A stretch of 64,000 nt of DNA, taken from NCBI GenBank assembly GCA_963797555.1, contig CAWCPV010000004.1, forward strand, positions 640,001 to 704,000. Direction: 5' to 3'. The DNA is from an uncultured Gammaproteobacteria bacterium. GTDB lineage: Bacteria > Pseudomonadota > Gammaproteobacteria > CAWCPV01. A program made the translations under genes and the position numbers. Of this stretch, positions 42,288 through 52,729 are shown piece after piece; the first letter of the stretch is position 1; each line of letters starts with the position of its first letter. The notes under the pieces are model-generated. The model saw only the letters and a list, made by a program, of their open reading frames with translations, was not told the origin of the DNA and made no database searches.

Positions 42288-44339
42288 ATGAGCCAGCAAC
42301 TGGACGCCATCGATACGATTGCGACCAAAGCCTTTGAAGGCTACGTGGTACGCAAGGATCTGGTGCGCAAATTTAAGGGGCAATACCCCGTCCCAACCTA
42401 CGTGGCCGAGTTTCTTCTGGGCCGCTATTGCGCCTCGGTGGACGAGGACGAGATCGCCGAAGGTCTCAAGATTGTCGAGCGCCAGCTCGGAGAAAAGACC
42501 ATCCGCGCCGGCGAGCACGAGCTGTTCAAGGCGCGCGCCAAGGAAAGGGGGCACGTGAAGCTGATCGACATCATCACCGCGCGGCTGGATGCCGGGTCCG
42601 ACTCCTTCGTGGCGACCTTGCCAAGCCTGCAATTGAAGGACGTGCGCATCAGTGAAGCGATGGTCCACGCCAACGAGCGCATGCTGACGGGGGGCTTCTA
42701 TGCCGAGGTCGAGCTCGCCTACGACCCGACCATCGCCCAGGAGAAGAATGGCCGCCCGTTCGGCATCGACTCGCTGCGCGAGATCCAGTTGTCCAAGCGC
42801 GACGTTCTGCCGGCGCTCTATCATGGCCGGGAGGCATTTGCCACCGAGGAGTGGAAGGGGTTCCTGATCCGCAGCGTGGGCATGGAGCCGGAACAACTCA
42901 GCCCCCGTGCCCGCGACATGATGCTGCTGCGCATGGTGCCGTTCGTGGAGCGCAACTACAACCTGGTGGAACTGGGACCCCGTGGCACCGGGAAGAGCCA
43001 CCTGTTCCAGCAGGTCTCCCCCTATGCCCACCTGATCTCGGGCGGCAAAGCGACGGTCGCGCGCATGTTTGTGAACAACGCCAACGGTCAGCGCGGTTTG
43101 GTCTGCCAGTACGACGTGGTCTGCTTCGATGAGATCTCCGGCGTCTCCTTCGACCAGAAGGATGGCGTGAACATCATGAAGGGCTACATGGAGTCCGGCG
43201 AGTTCAGTCGCGGCAAGGAGAGCATCCGCGCCGATGGCGGCATGGTGATGGTGGGGAACTTCGAGGTCGACGTGCAGCATCAGCAGCGGGTGGGCCACCT
43301 TTTCGGCCCACTGCCGCCCGAGATGCGTGACGACACCGCTTTCATGGATCGCATCCACGCCTATCTACCCGGATGGGACTTGCCGAAGGTAAACCGCGAT
43401 CTACTGACCAATCATTTCGGCCTGGTCAGCGACTTCCTGTCCGAATGCTGGAACCAGTTGCGGCGCCAGAGCCGGCAAAGTGTCCTCCAGGGGCGCTTGC
43501 ACCTGGGGGGCGCCCTGAGCGGACGCGACACGACGGGCGTCCAGAAGACCGTCAGCGGCTTGATCAAGCTGGTATCGCCGAATCCGGAGATCCCCGTTTC
43601 CGACGAGGTGCTGGAGTGGGCGTTGCGCCTGGCGCTGGAGTGCCGCCGGCGGGTCAAGGAGCAGCAAAAGCGCATCGGTTCCGCCGAGTTTCGCAACACC
43701 CAGTTCAGCTATACGCTCGGTGAAGACGGGGTGGAGAAGTTCGTGGCCACGCCCGAGCTCTACAGCGAGAACAGTATTGGCAGCGACCCGCTGCCGCCTG
43801 GGCAGGTCTGGGTCATATCAGCCGGTGGTGGCGACGAAAACCCAGGGCTGTACCAGGTGGACATTGCGGAAGGACCGGGCAGCGGGGTGAAGATTCTGAA
43901 CCAGCCTGCACCACCGCCGTTCAAGGAAAGCGTTCGGTGCGCCGAGCAAAACCTCTACGCTCGGGCGAAGGAACTCGTTGGTGACCGCGAGCCTCGTCAG
44001 CACGAGTTTACGGTTCAACTGCGGGCATTCGACAGCGCCAAGAGTGGTTCTGCGGTCGGCGTCGGCGTGCTGCTCGCGCTGTGCTCATCGCTCCTCCAGA
44101 AGAGCATCAAGGGCGGCTTTGCTGTCACCGGTGGCCTGAACCTTGGTGGCTCCCTCGAAACCATCTTCAACCCCGTGGCTGTCGTTGAAACGGCCATCGA
44201 GAAGGGTGCCGGTAGCATCCTGATGCCGATCAATAGCCGGAGGCAGTTGAATGACCTGCCCGACGATCTGGCAGCCAGGATTACCATCCACTACTACCTC
44301 GACGCTCGGGATGCTTTGCTGAAGGCGTTGGCGATCTGA
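42288..44339 (+). CDS. brxL: BREX Lon-like AAA+ protein BrxL, intact
   Basis: VPTYVAEFLLGRYC, ELGPRGTGKSH, FDEI, AFMDRIH, C-terminal Lon-like domain. Confidence 0.93.
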   Translation: MSQQLDAIDTIATKAFEGYVVRKDLVRKFKGQYPVPTYVAEFLLGRYCASVDEDEIAEGLKIVERQLGEKTIRAGEHELFKARAKERGHVKLIDIITARLDAGSDSFVATLPSLQLKDVRISEAMVHANERMLTGGFYAEVELAYDPTIAQEKNGRPFGIDSLREIQLSKRDVLPALYHGREAFATEEWKGFLIRSVGMEPEQLSPRARDMMLLRMVPFVERNYNLVELGPRGTGKSHLFQQVSPYAHLISGGKATVARMFVNNANGQRGLVCQYDVVCFDEISGVSFDQKDGVNIMKGYMESGEFSRGKESIRADGGMVMVGNFEVDVQHQQRVGHLFGPLPPEMRDDTAFMDRIHAYLPGWDLPKVNRDLLTNHFGLVSDFLSECWNQLRRQSRQSVLQGRLHLGGALSGRDTTGVQKTVSGLIKLVSPNPEIPVSDEVLEWALRLALECRRRVKEQQKRIGSAEFRNTQFSYTLGEDGVEKFVATPELYSENSIGSDPLPPGQVWVISAGGGDENPGLYQVDIAEGPGSGVKILNQPAPPPFKESVRCAEQNLYARAKELVGDREPRQHEFTVQLRAFDSAKSGSAVGVGVLLALCSSLLQKSIKGGFAVTGGLNLGGSLETIFNPVAVVETAIEKGAGSILMPINSRRQLNDLPDDLAARITIHYYLDARDALLKALAI

Positions 44340-44570
44340 TCGGCGGTTGGTGTGCGACTTGTGATTAGGCAATGGCCTGGAAAGAATTTCAAGAAATGCC
44401 TGCGGGTAGCGAGCGAAGGCGGAGAGCTTTGCTTCGATAGACACCAACCTTGGCGTGGTTCGGAAGGGGGCGCTGACACACGCAAGACGCACCGCGCCAG
44501 CACTTGCTGCCCGTAATTATCGGCGGCGGCTCGACTCGCGCCCGCCGCCCATCCGGTCCCTTGGGAGCAG

Positions 44571-45782
44571 TCAGGCGCGTTGCGGTAACGGGATAACCTC
44601 AGCCCCGGCCTTGAGCTTGTCGAGGTAGTCCGACCACTGCTGCATCATCTTGCGGCGTTCGGGCAGGTGCGCGGTGCGGTTGTAGGCGCGTCCGTTCGGG
44701 TCGCGCACGGCATGGGCGAGCTGGTGCTCGATGTAATCGGGGCGCACGCCCAGCACTTCATCAAGTATGGTCCGCGCCACTGCCCGGAAGCCGTCCCCGC
44801 TCATTTCTTCCTTGCCGATGCCCATGCGCCGCATGGCGGCGAGGATGGCGTTATCGCTCATTGGCCGCCCGTTGCTGCGTGCTCCTGGAAAGGCAAAGCG
44901 CCCGCCTCCGGTGAGCGGGTGAAGTTCGCGCAGGATGTCCACGGCTTGCGTCGAGAGGGGGACGATATGCGGGGTGTTGGTCTTGGTGACGGTGTAGCGC
45001 CATTCGGCCGCGTCCAGGTCGATGTCGGCCCACTCGGCCTTGCGCAATTCGCCGGGGCGCACGAACACCAGCGGAGCGAGCTTCAGGGCACATTGCACGG
45101 TGAGGGTGCCTTGGTAGCCGTCCATCGCCCGCAGGATGTCCGCGACCCGTTTCGGATCGGTGGTCGCCGCGAAGTGCTCGCCCTTCACCGGTGGCAATGC
45201 GCCGCGTAGATCGCCGGAAGGATCGCGTTCGGCGCGTCCGGTGGCGACGGCGTAACGGAATACCTGTCCGCAATTGCCCAAGGCGCGATGTGCCGTTTCC
45301 AGCGCCCCTCGGCCTTCGATGCGACGCACCACGGCCAGCAACTCAGGCGCGGCGATCTCGGCAATCGGTCGCCCGCCGATCCACGGGAAGATGTCGCGCT
45401 CGAAGCGCCGGAGGATGCGGTCGCCGTGACTCGATGCCCAGGTCGCGGAATACTTGGCGAACCATTCCCGCGCCACCACCTCGAAACTGTTTGCTGCCCG
45501 GTCGGATCGCGCCGACTTCTGCGCCTTGCGGTTCTCGCTGGGGTCGATGCCATCGGCCAGTAGCTTGCGCGCCGCGTCCCGGCGGTCGCGGGCGTCTTTC
45601 AGACTCACATCGGGATAGGTGCCGAGTGACAGGAGCTTTGCCTTGCCCGCGTAGCGATACTTCAAGCGCCACCACTTACCCCCGCCGGGGGTCACTAGGA
45701 GGAACAGACCCTTGCCGTCGGCCGCTTTGTACGGCTTGTCCTTGGGCTTGGCGTTCTTGCAGGAAGCGTCGGTCAGGGACAT
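44571..45782 (-). CDS. P4-like tyrosine integrase of the tmRNA island
   Basis: Arm-binding N-terminus, RPGELR, DGFR (in place of HGFR), QLAH..AYNR; adjacent to the ssrA 3' end. Confidence 0.93.
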   Translation of the reverse strand: MSLTDASCKNAKPKDKPYKAADGKGLFLLVTPGGGKWWRLKYRYAGKAKLLSLGTYPDVSLKDARDRRDAARKLLADGIDPSENRKAQKSARSDRAANSFEVVAREWFAKYSATWASSHGDRILRRFERDIFPWIGGRPIAEIAAPELLAVVRRIEGRGALETAHRALGNCGQVFRYAVATGRAERDPSGDLRGALPPVKGEHFAATTDPKRVADILRAMDGYQGTLTVQCALKLAPLVFVRPGELRKAEWADIDLDAAEWRYTVTKTNTPHIVPLSTQAVDILRELHPLTGGGRFAFPGARSNGRPMSDNAILAAMRRMGIGKEEMSGDGFRAVARTILDEVLGVRPDYIEHQLAHAVRDPNGRAYNRTAHLPERRKMMQQWSDYLDKLKAGAEVIPLPQRA

Positions 45783-45867
45783 GGGGGTAACTCCTACGGG
45801 GGGCAGCTCAGTTACCCCGAGAGTTACCCCCACTCAAAGCCGGATGTCGTAGGACAATAGTTACCCC
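45783..45867. promoter_or_regulatory. Putative integrase arm-type sites
   Basis: GTTACCCC at 45811, 45823 and 45860, plus inverted GGGGTAAC at 45784. Confidence 0.55.
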
Positions 45868-45885
45868 TTAATGGACAATAAAGGC

Positions 45886-45913
45886 AAGAAAAAGCCCGCG
45901 CTTAGGCGGGCTT
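45886..45913 (-). terminator. Terminator after ssrA
   Basis: AAGCCCGC/GCGGGCTT hairpin followed by a U-tract on the minus strand. Confidence 0.75.
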
Positions 45914-45946
45914 CAGGATGATGCTGGACGTGCTTGGATGGTTAAA

Positions 45947-46301
45947 TGGTGGAGGCGGCGGGAATCGAACCCGCGTCCGCAGGCCCTCCGCCCTCGGCCC
46001 TACATGCTTAGCCGTGTCTTTGGATTTAACCGCCCGGTGCCCGACCGGCAGGGCAGGCAGGTAGCGAGTCCGTCGGGTTTAACACTTCGGCTCCGGACCG
46101 GCCTCAGTGCGAGCCTGCATGGGATGACCCCCGGACCCTGAGCGCACAGGCACACTCAGTCGGAGGCCTAGCTGAACTTAAGCAGCTAGGGCGAAGCTGT
46201 CGTCGTTGGCGACTATTCGCTTGCAGCTGGATTTACGAGGTCTGCTGCGCCTCGGCATGCACCTCAGGTTTTGCAACCCACGTCGAAACCAGGTCGCCCC
46301 C
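45947..46301 (-). ncRNA. ssrA: tmRNA, tag ANDDSFALAA
   Basis: 5' GGGGGCGAC, 3' TTCGATTCCCGCCGCCTCCACCA with G3-U pair, tag ORF, next to smpB. Confidence 0.97.
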
Positions 46302-46415
46302 AAGCGAAACTCCTGATGAATTGTAGACGGACTTGGCCCCTCTGACCACAATTGGCCACTCGGCCAGCATCCGCGAAGTGAGACACGCACCACCTGTAAA
46401 TAGTTCCGCCCGTCC

Positions 46416-46886
46416 TCAGCGGACCTTGATCACACGCTGCTTGTCCCGCTGCCAGTCGCGCTCCCGCTCCGTGGCGCGCTTGTCATACTGCTTCTTGCCC
46501 TTGGCCAGTCCGATTTCGAGCTTGACGTGTCCTCGTTTCCAGTAGATGGTCAGCGGTACGAGTGTGTAGCCGCGGCGCTCCACGGCCCCGATAAGCTTGT
46601 TCAGCTCTGCGCGGCGCAGGAGGAGCTTGCGCGTGCGCAGAGGGTCAGGGTGAATGTGGGTCGAGGCGGTGGGCAAGGGCGATATGTGGGCGCCGAGCAG
46701 CCACGCCTCGCCCTCCTTGAGGACCGCGTAGCTCTCCTTGAGCTGAATACGCCCCCCGCGCACGCTCTTCACCTCCCACCCCTGCAGGGCGACACCCGCC
46801 TCGTAGCGGTCCTCGATGAAGTACTCATGCAGGGCCTTCCTGTTGGCCGCGATGCTGCCGTTGTCCGGGTCGTGCCGCTTGTTCAT
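46416..46886 (-). CDS. smpB: SsrA-binding protein
   Basis: [37 protein letters not shown]. Confidence 0.97.
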   Translation of the reverse strand: MNKRHDPDNGSIAANRKALHEYFIEDRYEAGVALQGWEVKSVRGGRIQLKESYAVLKEGEAWLLGAHISPLPTASTHIHPDPLRTRKLLLRRAELNKLIGAVERRGYTLVPLTIYWKRGHVKLEIGLAKGKKQYDKRATERERDWQRDKQRVIKVR

Positions 46887-47109
46887 CAACCAATTATAGC
46901 CAAGTTGGGGGGTATCCCGCGCCGGCTCGGGCACCTTGAGCCATTCGTAGAATTCGCGGACAATGACGGCCGAACACCGGGAGACTGGTATGGCGCAGGC
47001 ACGTGCGTCAATCCACGGCCACTGGTCTTCCAATGGCAAATTTGTTCTCCCTCTCACGCGGTGGCGGGCCGGCAGGGGTTGTCGGTCATGCGCAGGTAAT
47101 CGAACATCA

Positions 47110-47632
47110 GGCAGCATGGTGAGCGAGGTATACACGTCCTGGCCCATCTCGTTGCGCGGACATACCAGAGTCACCGCACCATCCGGATGCACCGTTATCC
47201 ACGCGTTCGGCTCGAACGCAGGCGCGGCTGCCGCGGCATCTTCCGGCCAGCCGAGCCGCAAGCCGAGCATCAGCCCCCCGCCGGCCAGGGCGGAGACTTT
47301 GAGGAACTCCCGTCGAGAAGAATCGAACCTCGCGTTCATGCGGAGACCTCCAGCTCTTTGGCGGCGTCATGGATGGCGAGCCGGATGCGCTGGTAGGTGC
47401 CGCAGCGGCACAGGTTGCCCTGCAATGGCCTGGTCGATGTCGGTGTCGCTCGGCTTGGGATTCTGGCTGAGCAGCGCTGTGGCCGCCATCACCTGGCCGG
47501 ACTGGCAGTAGCCACACTGCGGCACCTGGATCCTGTCCCAGGCGGCTTGCACCGCCCGCGCCACGCGACCGGTGAGCCCCTCGATCGTCGTGACCTCGTG
47601 TCCCGCGACCGCAGAGATTGGCAGCACGCACG
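47110..47632 (-). pseudogene. iorA/iorB-like fragments (2Fe-2S subunit 3' part; Tat-signal Mo-binding subunit 5' part)
   Basis: VPQCGYCQSGQ; SRREFLK..RNEMGQ, truncated. Confidence 0.8.
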
Positions 47633-47639
47633 AAAATGT

Positions 47640-47850
47640 CGCCTCTGTCGCCATTCGCCGTGGCCCAGAGCTGCTCGCCGCGGGCTTTGATGATCGAGCG
47701 GCTGATCGCGCTCCCCATCCCGGCCGTCCGCCTTGGTCGTATGGAACGCCTCGAACAGCTAAGCGGCGCGCTCAGGGTCCACCCCCGTGCCCGAGTCCCG
47801 CACCTCGACCAGCATACCGCTCGACTCGTCATTCCCGGAGCCAATGGCCA
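47640..47850 (-). pseudogene. Histidine kinase HATPase fragment
   Basis: VEVRDSGTGVD..GMGSAISRSII..LWATAN. Confidence 0.7.
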
Positions 47851-47959
47851 ACTCCCGGCGGCGATCGCCGATTCCGCAGCCGCGGCGACCGCACGGTCGA
47901 TGTCTCCGCGCCCGCCATCCTACCAGTAACATGGCATAGCGCATCGGCGAATTCCAGAC

Positions 47960-48212
47960 GAAGCGCTCTTGTCCTGCCTCTCGCCGATCTGGGCTACGAG
48001 GCCGTCGTTCCTGGCCCGTGCCCGAAGCACCCGGTCTCCTGGTATATCGTTTCACTCACAGTATGTATTCCGCTAACGCGGGTCGGCTCTTGCGGGAGGT
48101 CGTGGATCTCGCCGATGGGGCTCAACCCTCTCTGTCACGGTTCTGTATCGAAGCATCCGCGGTGGCTGATGTCGACTTCACCGCCGCAGCGACCTTGCGC
48201 TCGATCCACGGG
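47960..48212 (+). pseudogene. SulP transporter STAS-domain fragment
   Basis: PGLLVYRFTHSMYSANA..ADVDFTAA. Confidence 0.7.
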
Positions 48213-48214
48213 AT

Positions 48215-48780
48215 CGGACTGTGTCGATGAGAATGAGACACCTGGGTTTGGAATTTAGTGAGCAACGCGGGTGTTGGGGTCATTGGTCGTCTCCTGGGGT
48301 GGGGTGTTCGGCAGGTTGATGCCGACGACCGTAGGCAGTTCGGGTGGTGTCGGGATCTTTCCCTTGAAGCGCTCGGGATGCGCTGCATAGGCTGCCCGCA
48401 GGACTGGGGCACGGCTGTGCCAGAGCGCGGGCGCGGTGCCGAAGTGCGTGGATGGCCGCCGGCGTCATGAAGCGGATGCCGGAGTGCCGGTGCTCGTCGT
48501 TGTACCAGGCGAAGAAGGTGCGCAGGTGCGCTCGGGCGTGCTCCAGGCTCTCGAAGCGCGCCGGGAACTCAGGCCGATATTTGAGCGTCTTGAACTGCGC
48601 CTCCGAGAACGGATTGTCGTTGGAGACCCGCGGCCGCGAGAAGGAAGCCGCGACGCCCAGATCGACCAAGAGCTCCGTGGTCGTCTTCGCGCGCATGGGG
48701 CTGCCGCAATCAGAATGCAGTGTGAGCGCGTCGCGCGCGATGCCATGCTTTTGGCAGGTTTCGTCGATCAAGGCATGGGC
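48215..48780 (-). mobile_element. IS3-family transposase 3' fragment
   Basis: LHSDCGSPM, SRPRVSNDNPFSEAQFKTLKY, WYN.EH.HSGI. Confidence 0.8.
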
Positions 48781-48860
48781 TATTGAGGCACCGCCAGACG
48801 AAAGGGGCGGAAACAGATAGACCCGGCCTACGGTCTCGGGAGGCCTGCCCTCTACTCTAC
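48778..48860 (+). mobile_element. Group II intron DVI remnant (third copy)
   Basis: TTGAGGCACCGCCAGACGAAAGGGGCGGAAACAGATAG..CTCTACTCTAC matches the 9397 and 12737 ends. Confidence 0.8.
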
Positions 48861-48887
48861 CCGTGACGCAGACCCCAAAAAGCATTG

Positions 48888-49035
48888 ACCACGGAGGACA
48901 CGAAGAATTCTTATTAACCCATGCAGAGAAGCGATTAGCGAGGAGAACACGGGGTTTTCAGCAGTTATCCCCGTGCTCCCCGTGTCCCCCGTCGTCAATG
49001 CTGTTTCAAAAAACCTCTCCGTGTCCTCCGTGGTG
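48888..49035. repeat. MITE-like unit of nested 9-nt-periodic inverted repeats
   Basis: ACCACGGAGGACACG / CGTGTCCTCCGTGGT, with internal GGAGAACACGGGG and CCCCGTGCTCCCCGTGTCCCCCGT. Confidence 0.6.
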
Positions 49036-49875
49036 ATGGCTTTTTGTGTTGGACGTTCTTAGGTGCTTATCGCTCGTGGCGTCTGCAGTCCAGGCGCCCG
49101 TCGGGACGCGGCCCACCATGCCCCCGGTATAGAGGACTACGAGCAGGAGCAGGTTGCTGACCTGCGGCCATGCTTCCCGCCAGGTCGCGCCCATTTGATT
49201 GAGCATGAGGAAACCCTGGATGCCGGGCGTGCTCGGCAGCAGATGCGAGAGCCAGACGACCGGTTGGCTGATCGACTCCACGGGAAATGCAAATCCGGAC
49301 AGAAAGAGCAACGGAATGGAAATACCGCCGATGATCTGCAGCGCGCGTTCCCGCGTTCCCATCCAGCATCCGAGCGCGATGCCGACGGCCGCCACTGCCA
49401 GCGCGTACAGCGCGCCGAACACGATCGCTCCGGACAGATTGGCGGCGCGCGGTAGGTCGTGATACCAGAACACGAAGCCGATCCAGAACATGAGCGCGGC
49501 AAACGCCAGCAGCCAGAATCCACCCACCATGCCGGCAAAGGCCCCGAGCGAGAGTCGCCCGTCCGGCGCGATCGCCCAACGCCCGCCTTCCACCCAGGTG
49601 CCGATCACGAGGCAGATCGCAATGATCAGCAGTTGGTGAATGATCAGACCCATCGACGCCGGCACGACATAGCTGGCATAACCCTGGTTGGTGTTGAACA
49701 GCGGCTGCTTCACGAACAACGGGCCGGAGTGTGCGAGACGCATGACCGCTGCCGGGGGCACGTGCGATCGCACCAGTTGTGCGGTAACCGTTCAGACCCT
49801 CCCACCAGTTGATCGATGCGTTAAGAGCGCGTCCAGCGCAGCAGAGCCGCTCGGCTTGTCGTACACTCCCGGCTC

Positions 49876-50594
49876 ATGGATCAAGAGCCCTCTATTCCGC
49901 AGGCGATCACGGCGAGCGGCCGGAGCTTTACCGAAGAGGAGATCTCCGCCATCGTCCGAATGGTGTCGATGTGCGTGGGCCTGAGTCGTTTTGAGCTGGC
50001 GCAGACCATCTGTGAGCTGCTGGGGTGGAGACGGGACAACGGAGCCCTGAAGTCCCGCGAGGGTCGGGATCTACTGGAGCGGTTGGAAGCTCGGGGGGAT
50101 CTGGGGCTTCCCGCCAAGCGCACGGGCAGGCCCAAGGGGCGGCGCACCTGCACTGCGCAGACCGATCGGGGCGAACGCCGCGGCGAGATTGCCGGTGCGC
50201 TGCAGGAGGTGGCCCCGGTGGAGCTTCAGTTAGTGCGCCAGGCCGAGGGACGGGCATTGTGGCGCGAGCTTCTCGCGCGCTATCACTACTTGGGCTATGC
50301 CACACCCTTTGGGGCCCAGTTGGTCTATCTCATCTGCTCCCAGCGCCGGGAGGGGGAGGTGTTGGGCGGGCTCACCTACACCAGCCCGGCCTGGCGCATG
50401 CAGGCCCGCGATGCGTGGATCGGCTGCGCTTTGCCGGGACCTGCTACCGGGCGGCCAACTGGTGCGAGGTGGGCGAGACCAGCGGACGCGGGCGCATGGA
50501 CCGTGCGCACCAACGCCATGGCAGAGCGATAAAGCGGGTCTTCCTCTACGCTCTGCACCCGCAGGCCAGAGAGCGCCTGCGCGGTGAGCGCTGA
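49876..50594 (+). pseudogene. DUF4338 passenger, internal deletion/frameshift
   Basis: RDAWIG jumps out of frame to RFAGTCYRAANW. Confidence 0.75.
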
Positions 50595-50596
50595 AC

Positions 50597-52210
50597 TCAA
50601 GCGGGCGCAGGAAGCGGCGGTGCCTCAAAGCCGCGGCGTCGGTGGGCGAGGACATCTCTGAGATAGCACAGCGGGGAGCTCAATCGCAGCCGAGAAGTCT
50701 CGATCACACTGGCGAGCAGCGCCAGCGCCCGGCTGCCTTGTTCGCTGCGGGTCCCCTGGCTGATGCGACGCAGAATCACCCAGTGACGCAGCGCCCGCTC
50801 CGCCACGTTGTTGGTCAGCGGCAGCTGAGGCTCATCCAACACCCGGAAGATCGCCCCCCAGTCGTTGAGCAGCTCCTTGCCCAGCGCCTGGGCCTTGTCA
50901 TAAGGGCAGCAGCTCATGCGTTCACACAGGGCCGTGAGCTCGTTGAGCTCGCCCGGGTGGGCTTGCCGCAGGGAGCCGCCCGGTCCCTCGCGGGCGTGAT
51001 AGACGGCCTGCATCAGCGCATCGAGCAGGTCATAGACCGCCTGGCCGTAGCCCTGGAGGGTGGGCGAGAGGCAATCCCTCAGGCCCCGGGCCTTGCGAAT
51101 GAGATGCGCCCAGCAACGCAGGCGCTTGGCATAGTCCCGATAGACCTGGTACCCATCGCTCATCAGATAGCCGCAGAAGAGATCCTCGATGAGGTTCTGA
51201 AACATCTCTTTGGCGCGAGAGCCGACCAAGAACAGCGCCGTCGAGGCCGAGATGAACACCCATAACCACAAGGGCTCTCCCCATTGCTTGTGCGGTGTCT
51301 CATCGGCATGCATGAGGGCCGCTTCCAGCAACTGGGTCACCAGCTCATCCTCGACCGGCTCGCAGGCACGGGCGGTCTCCATCACGCATTGGTGGAGGGT
51401 GCCGATGCCGAGCGCCAGCCCAAACACCTCGTGCAGGAACTCCCGGACCAGGCGGATGGACAGGCGCATCCGAAACCGCAGCCAGACGATGAAGGCGCAC
51501 AATCCCGGCCCCACCAGGCGCCACTCGCCAAGCTCCACCCCTCGCCAGCATCCCAAGTGCTCGGGCGCGCGGTGCGGCGCCTGCCGGGTCTCATGACCAC
51601 AGTCGCAACGGCTCTGGTAGTATACCTGCCGCGTGCAGGTCAGGCGCAGCCCCGGCGCCTGCTCATCGCCAAAGACCAAGTCCAGCCTATCAAAGGCGGT
51701 GTAGGGCTTCGCCTGCTCAGGATTGAGCGCCCCACCACACAGCGCACAACTTCCCGGCCGATGATGGTCCCAATCGGTGACTGTCAGCTTCTGGGCGCGC
51801 CCGAATCCCTGGGAGCCAGGCTGCCGGCCCGCTCGGCGCTGCGTCCCTGAGGTCTTGCCACTCGTGTCCTTTGCGCCCTTCTGGCCGCCAGCCCCGGGGA
51901 GGCCATCCTCCTCAGAACGGCTCTTGGCCTCCTCGTCCTCAGGACCGGCGTCGGCCTCTTCGTCCTCCCGCGCACGCAGCCAGGGGTCTTGACTGCTCGG
52001 CGGACGAGAGCTATTGGAGGGACTCTGATTGAGCCGCTCCCACGCTTCCTTGAGATCCTGCAGCAGGCGGATGCTCAGCGCTGCCAGCGCATCGGGATCC
52101 TTCTGCCTCAGCTCCAGAATGCGCTCCTCGCTGAGCTGACGAAGGTCGTGCTCCTTGAGCACCATGATTGTGTGTGACAGTGAGGTCGAGGAACATCCTG
52201 CCAAGGGCAC
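50597..52210 (-). CDS. IS66 transposase, intact
   Basis: 537-aa ORF with HADET/SDGY/NNVAER DDE motifs. Confidence 0.93.
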   Translation of the reverse strand: MPLAGCSSTSLSHTIMVLKEHDLRQLSEERILELRQKDPDALAALSIRLLQDLKEAWERLNQSPSNSSRPPSSQDPWLRAREDEEADAGPEDEEAKSRSEEDGLPGAGGQKGAKDTSGKTSGTQRRAGRQPGSQGFGRAQKLTVTDWDHHRPGSCALCGGALNPEQAKPYTAFDRLDLVFGDEQAPGLRLTCTRQVYYQSRCDCGHETRQAPHRAPEHLGCWRGVELGEWRLVGPGLCAFIVWLRFRMRLSIRLVREFLHEVFGLALGIGTLHQCVMETARACEPVEDELVTQLLEAALMHADETPHKQWGEPLWLWVFISASTALFLVGSRAKEMFQNLIEDLFCGYLMSDGYQVYRDYAKRLRCWAHLIRKARGLRDCLSPTLQGYGQAVYDLLDALMQAVYHAREGPGGSLRQAHPGELNELTALCERMSCCPYDKAQALGKELLNDWGAIFRVLDEPQLPLTNNVAERALRHWVILRRISQGTRSEQGSRALALLASVIETSRLRLSSPLCYLRDVLAHRRRGFEAPPLPAPA

Positions 52211-52729
52211 CCAACTGTCTCACGCTGGAACCGTTTTGTCCAGCCCTCCGGGTCAAAATATTCCAGGGGGGTGAACGGTTACGTTGTGCGGCGTACGCCG
52301 GTGCCGCGATCTCGGCCACCACTTCCGCCGCCGTATCGAGGATTGTGCCATCCACAACGATGTAGCCGCCGTTGGCCATGACCGTCACGCCTGTCGGTGT
52401 TCCGTGCAATACATCGCGATAGAAATCTCTGGGCACCGCAACAATGCCGCCGACTTCACCCTTTTGCAGGCGGGGAACCGCGTCCTCGACAGTGCTCGAA
52501 ACCCCTTAGACGCGAACCGCCTGGGTCGCATCGAGGTCGCGCTCGAGTTGCCGCGACATCGGACTGGCGTCGTAATCGGCGACGACGACCGGGACGTCGC
52601 GCACTTCTTGCGCCGAATAGGGCAGCGGATAGAACATGAAGTAGAGCAGGATACCTCCGACAGCGGGAACCAGCGCTCCCTTGTCGAAGATGACCGACCG
52701 GAGCGTCCACCGAAAGGCCTGCCACGAGT

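Larger units (their letters stand above)
49784..52282. mobile_element. IS66-family element, copy 2 (2499 bp)
   Basis: Same IRs as copy 1; TSD GTTGTGCG (49776-49783, 52283-52290). Confidence 0.95.

Noticed and set aside
46416-47339. Apparent Tat-signal/IorB-SmpB fusion protein
   Set aside because: Chance in-frame read-through from a truncated iorB across intergenic DNA. SmpB has its own ATG at 46886.
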